In this document: piece by piece, positions 10,009 to 19,451 of the stretch
Layout: every line of letters starts with the position of its first letter
Numbering within the stretch: position 1 is the stretch's first letter
DNA from: an uncultured Ruficoccus sp.
GTDB taxonomy: Bacteria; Verrucomicrobiota; Verrucomicrobiia; Opitutales; Cerasicoccaceae
DNA: 64,000 nt
Reading direction: 5' to 3'
NCBI GenBank assembly: GCA_965140785.1
Contig: OZ223514.1
Location: 128,001 to 192,000 of the forward strand
Notes under the pieces: model-generated
Database searches by the model: none
The model's input: the letters and a program-made list of their open reading frames with translations, nothing else
What the model was told of the DNA's origin: nothing
Made by a program: the position numbers and the translations under genes

Positions 10009-11551
10009 ATGAGTAAATGGGCGCTAATTTCGGTCAGCGATAAAACCGGCCTCGTGGATTTTGCGAAGGGCCTCGTCGAGCAGCACGGCTACGGCATTCT
10101 CTCCACCGGGGGGACGGCCAAGCTCCTGCGGGAGCACGGGCTCCCCGTCACGGATGTGAGCGAGTACACGGGCTTCCCCGAGATGATGGAGGGCCGGATC
10201 AAGACCCTGCACCCGAAGGTCCACGGCGGCCTGCTGTGCCGCCGCGACAAGGACGACCACCTCGCCCAGGCCAAGGAGCACGGCATCGACATGATCGACC
10301 TGGTCTGCGTCAACTTGTACCCCTTCGAGGAAACCGTCGCCCGCCGCGACTGCACCTTTGAGGAAGCCATTGAGAACATCGACATCGGCGGCCCCTCCAT
10401 GCTCCGCAGTGCGGCCAAGAACCACGCCAGCGTGACCGTGGTCTGTGACGCGGCGGACTACACGCCCGTGCTGGAGGCTCTCGCCACCGGCGGCGACGCG
10501 CTGACGATCCTGCGCCGCAAGCTCGCCCTCAAGGTTTTCCAACGCACCTCCTCCTACGACGGGGCCATCGCCACCTATCTGGAGGGCCAGGTCTCCGAGG
10601 GCGCGAACATCGGCTTGCCCGAGCGCCTGAGCCTGGAAATGCCGCTGGCGCAAAAGCTGCGCTACGGCGAGAACCCGCACCAGCAGGCCGCGCTCTACGG
10701 GCGCTTCCACGAGTGCTTCGAGCAGCTTCAGGGCAAGGAACTTTCCTACAACAACATCATCGACATCACCGCCGCCACTTACCTGATCGGCGAGTTTGAG
10801 AAGCCCACCGTGGCCATCCTCAAGCACACCAATCCCTGCGGCGTGGCCAGCGAGATGGAACTCATCACGTGCTGGGAACAGGCCTTCGAGACAGACAAGC
10901 AGGCGCCCTTCGGCGGCATCATCGTGACCAACCGCACCATCGACGCCGACCTGGCCAAGACCATTGCCGGCATCTTCTGCGAGGTCATCATCGCCCCCGA
11001 GTTTACGCCCGAGGCGCGCGAGATTTTTTGGCAAAAAGAAAAACCTGCGCCTGATGATCGCCCGCGATTACCTCGGGGCCGATTCGCTTCAGGAGGTCAA
11101 GTCCGTCGTCGGCGGTTTCCTGCTCCAGGACCGCGACCAGTACCCGGACAAGCCCGCCGACTGGAAGGTCGTGACCGAGCGCCAGCCCACCGAGGAGGAA
11201 TGGGCCGCCCTGCGCTTTGGCTGGAAAGTCGTCAAGCACGTCAAGTCCAACGCTATCGTGTACGCCTCCGCCGAGCGCACGCTGGGCATCGGCGCCGGGC
11301 AGATGAGCCGCGTGGACAGCTCGCAGATCGCCGTGTGGAAGGCGGGCGAAGCCGGCCTCTCGCTCAAGGGCTCCATCGTCGCCTCCGACGCGTTCTTCCC
11401 CTTCCCCGACGGCCTCATCGCCGCCGCCGAGGCCGGGGCCACCGCCGCCATCCAGCCGGGCGGCTCCGTCCGCGACGAGGAGGTCATCAAGGCCGCCAAC
11501 GAACGCGGCCTGGCCATGGTCTTCACCGGCAAACGGCACTTTAAGCACTAA
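10009..11551 (+). CDS. purH: Bifunctional AICAR transformylase/IMP cyclohydrolase, split by one extra T at 11024-11029
   Basis: [30 protein letters not shown] in first frame; [26 protein letters not shown] in second; deleting one T restores [10 protein letters not shown]. Confidence 0.95.
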
Positions 11552-11633
11552 TCCTCGTAGGGCCATCTAAGCGCCTATGCTTAGGGCAGTGTCTGTGAGC
11601 GCAGACGGAGGGGCTGAACAAATAAGCCGGAAG

Positions 11634-12014
11634 ATGTACGTCCACGATTACCACCTAAAAAAGTATATCGTGGACGCATCTTCGTCTGCGATAGCCATGT
11701 ATCTGCATCGGCCCGATCAGAGCGGTATTCCTGAGAAAGTTATCCGGTTCGCTGGCGTGGCCGGATATGATTTTTCCGATGCGTTGGGAGCGATCATTTT
11801 TGATCTGACAGAGCAGGATATGGCGACCTTTCTCTTGGAGAAGCGTAGCGACTTTGAAAAAAGCTACCGGCGCATCGGTTGCCCTCGGTTCTGGGCGGAG
11901 AATACCGAAGAGGCCTCTGCCCGCCTAAAGAGTTTCAGGGTTTGGGAAATTACCTCAAGTATAGGTTTTGAGGGATGGGTCGTTGCTAAGTCGGTGGAAG
12001 AGGTTTTACTATGA
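11634..12014 (+). CDS. Hypothetical protein, visibly lower GC than flanks
   Basis: Open frame filling purH-M20 gap; alternative start 11577. Confidence 0.65.
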   Translation: MYVHDYHLKKYIVDASSSAIAMYLHRPDQSGIPEKVIRFAGVAGYDFSDALGAIIFDLTEQDMATFLLEKRSDFEKSYRRIGCPRFWAENTEEASARLKSFRVWEITSSIGFEGWVVAKSVEEVLL

Positions 12015-12059
12015 GCTTTTAGCTGTACGAAGATCGTTAATGCTTCATTTATTTAGAAC

Positions 12060-13442
12060 ATGGCCCTAGACCCGATCCCTTTTCTCACCAAGTACGCGAG
12101 CTTCCCGAGCGTGTCCACCGACTCGTCCTATGCCGAGGGCATGCTGGGGGCGCGCGAGTATATTAAAAACGCGCTGGCGGAGCTGGGCTTCGCGGTCGAG
12201 GAGGTGGCGACGCCGAAGCACCCGATCGTGCTGGCCGAGCGCGGACCGGACCGCGAGGACGTGCCGCACGTAATTATTTACGGGCACTACGATGTGCAGC
12301 CCGCCGATCCGTTCGACCTGTGGAAGAGCCCGGCTTTCGAGCCGGAGTTGCGCGACGGACGCCTCTACGGGCGCGGCACCGCCGACAACAAGGGTCCGCA
12401 GGCCGTGCAACTGGCCGCGCTCTCGCGCCTGCTGGAGGAGTACCCGGACCTGCCGCTGCGGATCACCTTCCTGATCGAGGGCGAGGAAGAGATGGGCAGC
12501 CCGAGCTTCCCGGGATTTTTGGAAAAATACGCCGAGCGCCTCGGCAAGGCCGACATGATCCTCCTCTCGGACACCGGCAGCCCCGGGACCGAGCAGATCG
12601 TGATCACGACCGGCCTGCGGGGGATGTTCGGGCTGGAAGTCACGCTGACCGACCCGGCCATGGACCTGCACTCCGGCGTCAACGGCGGACCCGTGCTCAA
12701 TCCGATCCAGGCCCTGGCCGAGTTGTGCGCCTCGCTCCACGACAAGGACGGGCGCGTCAATGTGCCCGGCTTTTACGACGCGGTGAACGAGCCGCTGCCC
12801 TGGGAGCGGGAGCAACTGGCGCAGCTCCCCACCAGCGAGGAGCAGTACAAGGACATCCTCGGCGTGCCGGGCTTTATCCACCCCGGTGGTGCCACCGCGA
12901 TGGAGTTGGTGCGCTTTTTCCCGACGCTGGAGTTCAACGGCATTGGCGGCGGCTACCAGGGCGAGGGGAGCAAGACCATCATCCCTGCCAAGGCTTTTGT
13001 CAAAATCACCTGCCGGCTCGTGCCCGACCAGGATGCCGAGGACATCGCGGCAAAGGTCCGCGCCGCCCTGGAGGAGCGCTGCCCGCCGCAGGTCCAGATG
13101 ACGATCAAACGCGAGCAAGGCGGCAGCCCCTACTACGTCGCGCCCCCCGGACGCCCGAACACCGCTCCGGACCTCTCGCCGGTTTTCGCCCGCGCGGCCG
13201 CGGCGGCCGAGGTCTCCATCGAGGAAGCCTTTGGTAAGAAGCCGCTCTACCTGCGCGAGGGGGGCAGTGTGCCGATCATCCGCCAGCTCAAGGACGCGAC
13301 CGGCCTGGACTCGCTCATGATCGGCCTCTTCACCCCGCGCGACAATCTGCACGCGCCCAACGAGAGCTTCGAGATCGACATGATGGAGAAGGGCATCACT
13401 GCCTACACGGGCATCCTGCGCCGCCTGGCCTTTGGCGAGTAG
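12060..13442 (+). CDS. M20 family dipeptidase (ArgE/DapE-like)
   Basis: YGHYDVQP, GRGTADNKG, EGEEE, DLHSG, GGSVP, HAPNE motifs. Confidence 0.92.
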   Translation: MALDPIPFLTKYASFPSVSTDSSYAEGMLGAREYIKNALAELGFAVEEVATPKHPIVLAERGPDREDVPHVIIYGHYDVQPADPFDLWKSPAFEPELRDGRLYGRGTADNKGPQAVQLAALSRLLEEYPDLPLRITFLIEGEEEMGSPSFPGFLEKYAERLGKADMILLSDTGSPGTEQIVITTGLRGMFGLEVTLTDPAMDLHSGVNGGPVLNPIQALAELCASLHDKDGRVNVPGFYDAVNEPLPWEREQLAQLPTSEEQYKDILGVPGFIHPGGATAMELVRFFPTLEFNGIGGGYQGEGSKTIIPAKAFVKITCRLVPDQDAEDIAAKVRAALEERCPPQVQMTIKREQGGSPYYVAPPGRPNTAPDLSPVFARAAAAAEVSIEEAFGKKPLYLREGGSVPIIRQLKDATGLDSLMIGLFTPRDNLHAPNESFEIDMMEKGITAYTGILRRLAFGE

Positions 13443-13525
13443 GCTGCGGATTGCGCCCGCCCGGCGTGTTAACTGCCGGATGTGGTCTTTGGTGTCGTTG
13501 AAGCCCGCAACAGAAACCCCGTCCC

Positions 13526-14494
13526 ATGCTGAATCGGATCATAGAATGGATAAAGCCGGTCTATGTCTGGTTTTTCGCCCGGCTCAACCGGCACCGACAG
13601 ATTTTTCTGCTGGGGGATGGGCGCAGTGGAACGACCTGGGTGGCGCAGGCGATAAACTTTGACCGCAGCTTTCTGGATTTTTTTGAGCCTTTTCATGGCC
13701 GCGATGCGCTGCATCTGCCGGACAGCCGTATGTATCCGACCGGCGAGGATCTTGATCGCCTGGGGCTCCGCTCGCCCCGTATCGATGATCCCGCTACGCG
13801 GAAAAAAGTCTGCCACCGGGTCCGGGTCTCGAAGAAATTCCTGCACTCGGGCATCCTGGTCAAGGATGTCGCGGCCCACCTCATCGCGGGTCGGGTGCAG
13901 GCGAGCGGGCAGAAGGTCGTCTATATCCTGAGGAATCCCGTCTCGATCGCCTTGTCGAAGGAGGCGTTCGGAGTCTGGCACTCCGAGGCGGATATCCGGC
14001 TGCTGGCAGACCTGAGCACGGACCTGACAGGGGTGGACGGCTATAACCCGTTGCACCAAAGTCAACCGTCCAAGTTTCTGGAATATATTTTTGTCTGGTG
14101 CGTGCTTACCCGTCAGGCGCTGGCGCAGCTATCGCGTGGCGAAGTGGTTGTGGTTTTTTATGAAAAGCTGCGCGACGATCCCGAGAGCGGATTCGGGGTG
14201 CTGTTCTCCCAACTGGGCATGACAGAGACATTTGACCGGCACCGGGAGCAGGTTCTGGCGGCGGTCGCCCAGCGGAGCCGCACAACGGTACAGTCTAACA
14301 CCCTCGGAGAGAATCTGTCCGACGACAACCCGTGGCGAAAGCCCAAACCTGCGGAAGAAGTCGAGGCGACCTACCGGATGTTGAAGCAGTTCGGGCTCTA
14401 TGGGATTTACGAAGGGGCGCTCGCGCCGAAGATGAGTGCCGGGGAAGTTCTGGCGCTGGCGCGCAGTTGGCCATCGCCTGCCGCCGAACAGTGA
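13526..14494 (+). CDS. Sulfotransferase-domain protein
   Basis: 5'-PSB loop GDGRSGTTW, FEPF, 3'-PB motif YILRNPVSIALS, VFYEKL. Confidence 0.75.
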   Translation: MLNRIIEWIKPVYVWFFARLNRHRQIFLLGDGRSGTTWVAQAINFDRSFLDFFEPFHGRDALHLPDSRMYPTGEDLDRLGLRSPRIDDPATRKKVCHRVRVSKKFLHSGILVKDVAAHLIAGRVQASGQKVVYILRNPVSIALSKEAFGVWHSEADIRLLADLSTDLTGVDGYNPLHQSQPSKFLEYIFVWCVLTRQALAQLSRGEVVVVFYEKLRDDPESGFGVLFSQLGMTETFDRHREQVLAAVAQRSRTTVQSNTLGENLSDDNPWRKPKPAEEVEATYRMLKQFGLYGIYEGALAPKMSAGEVLALARSWPSPAAEQ

Positions 14495-14573
14495 GGGACG
14501 GGTTGGGCGCTGCTTGGGCGGAATGGTCGCGCGGCTTGAATAACGGTGAGACTGCGCCTATGCTGCGGGCGTT

Positions 14574-15341
14574 ATGATTGCGATCCTGACCCTGCTGTTG
14601 GCCATTGGTGTATCGATGTTGATTATCAAGGTGGCGGCAGTTGCGTTGGCGCAGACCGGCATGACGCGCGATATGGCTCGCTTTCAGGCGCGCTCGGCCT
14701 TCACCGGCGTCGGGTTTACCACCACCGCCTCGGAGAAAGTGGTGGGCCATCCGCTGCGCCGGCGCATTATTACGATCCTTATCATCATGGGCAACGCCGG
14801 TCTGGCCACGGTCATTGGCTCGTTGATCATTGGCTTCAACCGGGAAAATTCCGCGCTTCGGGGGACGCAGAACCTGATCATCCTGCTACTGGGGGTCACG
14901 CTGCTGTTTCTGCTTAGCCGCAGCATATTGGTGGATCGCTTGCTGGAGCGGAGCATTCGCCGCATCCTGCGCAAGAAGACCACCCTGGGGCGGCGCGGCT
15001 ATCATCGGCTGGTGGAGCTGGCCTTTGACTACGAGATCACCGAGGTGGACAGCAAGGAGAACTCCTGGCTGTGCGACAAAACACTGGCCGAGCTGAATCT
15101 GCCCGACGAGGGCGTGCTGGTGCTTGGGATCTGGCGCAATGCGGATACCTACCTGGGAGCTCCGCGCGGAGACTATACCATCCAGGAGGGGGACCGGGTC
15201 GTGATGTACGGCAAGGGCGAGAGCCTCGGAGAGATTGCCCGCGTGCGGGACAATCTGGAGGGCAAGGAACTCCAGCAGCACCGCAAGGAGCAGCACAGTG
15301 AGGAAATGGAGGAGCAGGACGAACAGGCCGGCGAAACGTAA
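14574..15341 (+). CDS. Membrane protein with TrkA-C (RCK-C) domain
   Basis: N-terminal TM helices with FQARSAFTGVGFTT; C-terminal KTLAELNL...GVLVLGI...GD. Confidence 0.8.
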   Translation: MIAILTLLLAIGVSMLIIKVAAVALAQTGMTRDMARFQARSAFTGVGFTTTASEKVVGHPLRRRIITILIIMGNAGLATVIGSLIIGFNRENSALRGTQNLIILLLGVTLLFLLSRSILVDRLLERSIRRILRKKTTLGRRGYHRLVELAFDYEITEVDSKENSWLCDKTLAELNLPDEGVLVLGIWRNADTYLGAPRGDYTIQEGDRVVMYGKGESLGEIARVRDNLEGKELQQHRKEQHSEEMEEQDEQAGET

Positions 15342-15470
15342 GCAGATGCTGTTGCCGACCCGGCTATGCGGCTCCCCCGTCGTATAGGCGGGAAAATCTT
15401 CGCCTGTTTGCAGATGCTCAGACAGGCAAGGTGGAAAGGTGAGCGGACATGTCATCGAGGCATACATGCC

Positions 15471-15506
15471 CACAAAAAACCTCCGCGCAGGCGGAGGTTT
15501 TTTGTG
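15471..15506. terminator. Bidirectional intrinsic terminator
   Basis: Perfect 16-bp inverted repeat CACAAAAAACCTCCGC-GCAG-GCGGAGGTTTTTTGTG between convergent genes. Confidence 0.85.
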
Positions 15507-15550
15507 ATGCCGAAAGCATCGAAAATGAGGACCAATCTTCTATCAGCCGG

Positions 15551-16111
15551 TTACTGGACCAGATACACGTCCACGCGGCGGTCGGCGATGACGCTGGGGT
15601 CGGTCTTGGGCAGGTCCTGGTCGGCTTCAAGTTCGCCGAGTGAGAGGACTTCCACGCGGGTGGGGGAGATGCCCTGTCGCACGATGTAGTCCTTGACGGC
15701 ATTGGCGCGGCGGTCACCCAGGCCGAGGTTGTACTCGGTGGTGCCGTACCAGTCGGTGTGCCCTTCGCAGATGACGCGGGCACTGGCATTGTTGTTCAGG
15801 TAGCTGACCACTTGGTCGAGCTTGCCCTGCTCGGAGGGTTGGACGGTAAATTCATCGAAGCCGAACTGAACGGTGGCCATGGCATTGCCTTGGTCGAGCC
15901 CGCCGTTCATGCTGTTGAAGGCCGGGTCGCGCATCTCCAGGGACTCTCCAGTGGAGGGGCTGATGGCGTCGGGATTGATCCAGTCTTCACGCGGTCCGCC
16001 GACGGTGCTGGAGAGCGTGTCCTCCGGTGAGGGTTCGGGGTCGGATTCGCACCCGCTGAAGAGCACGGCGCATAGACTGAGGCTGACGAGGTAAAGACTG
16101 ACCTTCTTCAT
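15551..16111 (-). CDS. pal: Peptidoglycan-associated lipoprotein (OmpA C-terminal domain)
   Basis: Lipobox FSGC; FGFD, EGHTD..GTTEYNLGLGDRRANAV, DRRV. Confidence 0.8.
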   Translation of the reverse strand: MKKVSLYLVSLSLCAVLFSGCESDPEPSPEDTLSSTVGGPREDWINPDAISPSTGESLEMRDPAFNSMNGGLDQGNAMATVQFGFDEFTVQPSEQGKLDQVVSYLNNNASARVICEGHTDWYGTTEYNLGLGDRRANAVKDYIVRQGISPTRVEVLSLGELEADQDLPKTDPSVIADRRVDVYLVQ

Positions 16112-16167
16112 TTGATTCCTACTGATGTTTGAATCTTATTAACTGGGCAAGGAATTTCGTAACGCGC

Positions 16168-17019
16168 ATGTTAAAACAAGTGAAAAACCATGACAAGTCG
16201 GTTTATCTTTTAATAGATAACGGTTCCTTGCGCCCGGAGGCAACCCTTAGTCTGCGCGAACTGGCCGAAACACTCGGCAAGGCCTGCGGGCGGACGGTCC
16301 ATCCGGTCTCCCTCCTGCATGCCGACCGGGTGGAGCCGGAACAGCTCGGCGGTGAACGTGCTTGGACGTTTTTGCCCTTTTTGAAGCACCAACTGCAATT
16401 GGGAAACCGGGACTTTCGCGTGGTTCCGCTTTTTCTGGGGCCGAGCCGCGCGCTCACTCAGTATATTCCTGACCAAGTGGCGGCGTTGGAGGCGACGGAG
16501 CCGGGTTTGCACGTGCGTGTGGCACCCTGCCTGTGCCCGGCGGACGGTTCCGGAGATGCGGCGGTGACCGCGATACTGGCCCGGGCGCTCCGGGCGACTC
16601 TGCGTGAGCGTGGCTTGACGCGCCCCCGCGTGGCGCTGGTGGACCACGGCTCGCCAGTGGAGGCCGTGACGCAGGTGCGCAACCGCATGGCGGCGCGGCT
16701 GGCGGAATCACTCGGCGCTGAGGCCGAAGCAGTCGCCCCCTGCTCGATGGAGCGGCGCGAGGGCGAGAAATACGCCTTTAACGAGCCGCTGCTGGAAAAG
16801 CTCCTGCGTCAGCGCGACTGGCGTGAATCGGCGGTGGTCGTGAGCATGCTCTTTCTCCAGCCCGGTCGTCACGCCGGACCCGGCGGGGACGTGGCGGGCA
16901 TCTGCGCGGGGGCCGAGGCGGAATCGCCGGCCCTGCAAACCTGTCGCACCCCTCTGCTGGGGGAAGACCCGGCGCTGATCGAACTGCTCAGCGAGCGTCT
17001 GCGGCAGGTGAGCGCATGA
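16168..17019 (+). CDS. CbiX/SirB-family chelatase-like protein
   Basis: DNGSLR, VPLFLGPS, VDHGSP, FLQPGRHAG duplicated CbiX repeats; exact start uncertain. Confidence 0.75.
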   Translation: MLKQVKNHDKSVYLLIDNGSLRPEATLSLRELAETLGKACGRTVHPVSLLHADRVEPEQLGGERAWTFLPFLKHQLQLGNRDFRVVPLFLGPSRALTQYIPDQVAALEATEPGLHVRVAPCLCPADGSGDAAVTAILARALRATLRERGLTRPRVALVDHGSPVEAVTQVRNRMAARLAESLGAEAEAVAPCSMERREGEKYAFNEPLLEKLLRQRDWRESAVVVSMLFLQPGRHAGPGGDVAGICAGAEAESPALQTCRTPLLGEDPALIELLSERLRQVSA

Positions 17020-17266
17020 TCTCGGAACTTTCTTGTGTGCCGGGTCTATACTCCGGATTGTCCGCCAGCGCTTTTTGTATCCACTCATTGTCACTGGCGC
17101 TCAGTCCCAGCAGGATATCTGACGGGGTATTCGGATTGCGGGCCAGGCATAGGTCAGTTCCGAGCTGACCTTTTGAATAGAGCGTTCTCAACAACGTGGG
17201 CGAAGCGTTGGGATGGCAGGCGAGATCATTGTCGAGTTGGTAGCCGAAATAAACGGTGCCCCGCAT
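16988..17266 (-). CDS. Small LRV/HEAT-like repeat protein or gene fragment
   Basis: Repeats LACHPNASPTLL, LARNPNTPSDIL, LADNP; overlaps the chelatase 3' end. Confidence 0.45.
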   Translation of the reverse strand: MRGTVYFGYQLDNDLACHPNASPTLLRTLYSKGQLGTDLCLARNPNTPSDILLGLSASDNEWIQKALADNPEYRPGTQESSEIMRSPAADAR

Positions 17267-17337
17267 TTTAGACCTGCCGCTAGGATCGGCTGCAACGGTA
17301 AATTTCTCGGCAGATCTAGGAAAAATCCTGAAAATCC

Positions 17338-18003
17338 TCAGCCTTCGCTGCCGGAGGGCAAGACGCCTTCGATCAGGCCCTGCTGGATGGCGTAGCGGGT
17401 GAGGCTGGCTACGTCGTGCAGGTCGAGTTTCTTCATCAGGTTGGTGCGGTGGTTTTCCGCCGTTTTTACACTGATGTTAAGCTTTTGGGCGACTTCCTTG
17501 GTGCTGTGGCTTTCGGCGATGAGCTGGAGGATTTCACGCTCGCGGGCAGTGAGCACATCGACGCCCTTGCGGTTGGAGGCGTTCGGGTTGAGTACGGCCT
17601 CGCGCAGCATCTGGGCGACTTCCGGGCCGAAATAGCTGCCGCCATTGGCGACGATTTCGATACCCTTCTTCAGCTCGCTCAGGGGCGCGGACTTCTCCAC
17701 GAAGCCATGGGCGCCGGCCTGTAGCAGTTCCCGGACGAGGGAAGGATTTTGGTAGCCCGAAAAAACCAGTACACGGGTGTTCTTGAGGTGTTTGGCGAAA
17801 CGTCGGAGCACTTCGGCCCCATTCAGGCCGGGGAGCATCACGTCAAGGATGACGAAGTCGGGCTTCAGCTCCATGACAAGGTTGTAGGCTTCCTGACCGT
17901 CGCCCGGTTCGGCGACCACCTCAAAGGATGGATCGGACTGGACGATCTGGGAGATCATTTCCCGTACCGCAGTCTGATCCTCGACGATAACAACTTTCTT
18001 CAT
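17338..18003 (-). CDS. NarL/FixJ-family response regulator
   Basis: Receiver ([15 protein letters not shown]) plus LuxR HTH (LTAREREIL...SVKTAENHR). Confidence 0.95.
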   Translation of the reverse strand: MKKVVIVEDQTAVREMISQIVQSDPSFEVVAEPGDGQEAYNLVMELKPDFVILDVMLPGLNGAEVLRRFAKHLKNTRVLVFSGYQNPSLVRELLQAGAHGFVEKSAPLSELKKGIEIVANGGSYFGPEVAQMLREAVLNPNASNRKGVDVLTAREREILQLIAESHSTKEVAQKLNISVKTAENHRTNLMKKLDLHDVASLTRYAIQQGLIEGVLPSGSEG

Positions 18004-18220
18004 GTGAGAGCTTTATAATGACGAAAAAACACAGATAGAGGCCGCATGCGAGCCTTTTAGGGCGTCCAGACAACTCCGCATGCGCGTTTTGCCTGCATAA
18101 TCATGAGTCAAACGGTTTAGTATCATGCCCCTGTTGTAAAGGCTTTTTACGGGCTTGTTCCCGACTGGGGTTTTTTAAAAAATCCTTTACAAGAAGGTCT
18201 TGCGGAAACTGGGGGGTATC

Positions 18221-18296
18221 TGGTAGGCCGGCTGGGACTCGAACCCAGAACCAATGGCTTAAAAGGCCACTGCTCTACCGATTGAGCTACCGACCC
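18221..18296 (-). tRNA. tRNA-Lys (anticodon UUU)
   Basis: Reverse complement GGGTCGGTAGCTCAATCGGTAGAGCAGTGGCCTTTTAAGCCATTGGTTCTGGGTTCGAGTCCCAGCCGGCCTACCA: 76 nt, D arm, CTTTTAA loop, TTCGA, encoded CCA. Confidence 0.97.
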
Positions 18297-18384
18297 GCGA
18301 AAAGATTGAACAAAAGCCACGACAGAAGCCATGGCAAGCGCAAAAGGTTTGCAGACTCAGAGGGGGGCAGTAAAGCTCAATCTC

Positions 18385-18717
18385 ATGAAATTTCCCTCTC
18401 TCTTCATTGCCGGGCTTATCTGCGGCGGGGCCTTGATGCTGGGCGGTTGCGGCTCGCCGGTTTCCCAGGATATGTCCACTGGCGGCAAGGATTTTCAGAA
18501 CGCCATGTTCGGCTATGAGGAAACGACCTACGAGTATCCCGTGCAGGTGCCGGGTACGAACCGGTGGGTTAAGATCGTCTCGAAGGAGCCGATTGACCGT
18601 CCGGTAACTTATGAGGATTACCTCACCTGGAAGGCGCAGCAGGAAGGCACAGCGGAGGAATCCGAGCCACAGACCGCTCCGCAATCGTCCAAAGTCAACG
18701 CCCCCAACCGCAAATAA
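18385..18717 (+). CDS. Hypothetical lipoprotein
   Basis: MKFPSLFIAG... signal with lipobox LGGC. Confidence 0.7.
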   Translation: MKFPSLFIAGLICGGALMLGGCGSPVSQDMSTGGKDFQNAMFGYEETTYEYPVQVPGTNRWVKIVSKEPIDRPVTYEDYLTWKAQQEGTAEESEPQTAPQSSKVNAPNRK

Positions 18718-18729
18718 CGTCCGCCGCCC

Positions 18730-19392
18730 ATGACCTTCGCCGAAGAACTGCTCCTGCTCGCCCTGGATCCCGACACGGGTAAGTTTCACCCGCTTCCGCG
18801 CAAGTCGCTGGAGCTGTCCCTGGCCGGAGCGCTGTTGTTGGAGCTGGCTTTCCGGGAGGTTATCGACACCGATCCGGGCGTGGTCATCGTTCGCAAGGAG
18901 CAGGTCAAAAGCAGCCAGTTTCTCGACGCGGCGCTGCAAACCATCCGCGAGGGGCAGGACCGCGTGCCCTTGCAGCAGGCGCTGGCCCGTCTGGCCTTGC
19001 AGGGGCATGCGCTCATTCGCCGCACGCTGCAGCGGCTGGTGGATCAGGGCGTGCTGTCGGAGAAGGACGATTCGTTCCTGTGGATCAAGCGCCCGCTGCG
19101 CCACCCGCTGGCCGATGGCGAGACCTACGATAATGTCGTGGACCGCATCCGTGCACTGGCGCTGGACCCGGAGGAAATTCCCGACCCGCACGATGTCGTG
19201 CTGGTCGCGCTGAGCGAGGGTTGCAAGCTACACCGGTTGTTGTTCAATGTACAGGAGTACGCGCAGTGCCGGGAGCGGCTGAAGGCGATCGCCGCGATGG
19301 ACTTCGTCGGTCAGGCGATCATCGAGGCCGTGCAGACGATCGGGGAACGCTCGTTGCTGGAATTGGCTGCGGGCGAAGGAACGTCTCACTGA
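18730..19392 (+). CDS. GPP34 / GOLPH3 (Vps74)-like protein
   Basis: TFAEELLLLALD...G, LAGALLLELA, LVDQGVL...FLW pattern typical of bacterial GPP34 family. Confidence 0.8.
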   Translation: MTFAEELLLLALDPDTGKFHPLPRKSLELSLAGALLLELAFREVIDTDPGVVIVRKEQVKSSQFLDAALQTIREGQDRVPLQQALARLALQGHALIRRTLQRLVDQGVLSEKDDSFLWIKRPLRHPLADGETYDNVVDRIRALALDPEEIPDPHDVVLVALSEGCKLHRLLFNVQEYAQCRERLKAIAAMDFVGQAIIEAVQTIGERSLLELAAGEGTSH

Positions 19393-19451
19393 ATGCGCCG
19401 GGCTGGTATGGCACCGGACGTATTTTAAACCGTTCGAACTCCCCTTTACGC

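Noticed and set aside
11030..11045. Programmed ribosomal frameshift in purH
   Set aside because: No canonical X XXY YYZ site at the A-run with a stimulatory structure; the same insertion pattern recurs elsewhere in the window, favouring sequencing error
16112..16190. Cobalamin riboswitch before the cbiX-like gene
   Set aside because: Spacer is too short and lacks the B12-box
18147..18332. 61-aa ORF on the minus strand
   Set aside because: It is a translation through the tRNA-Lys gene
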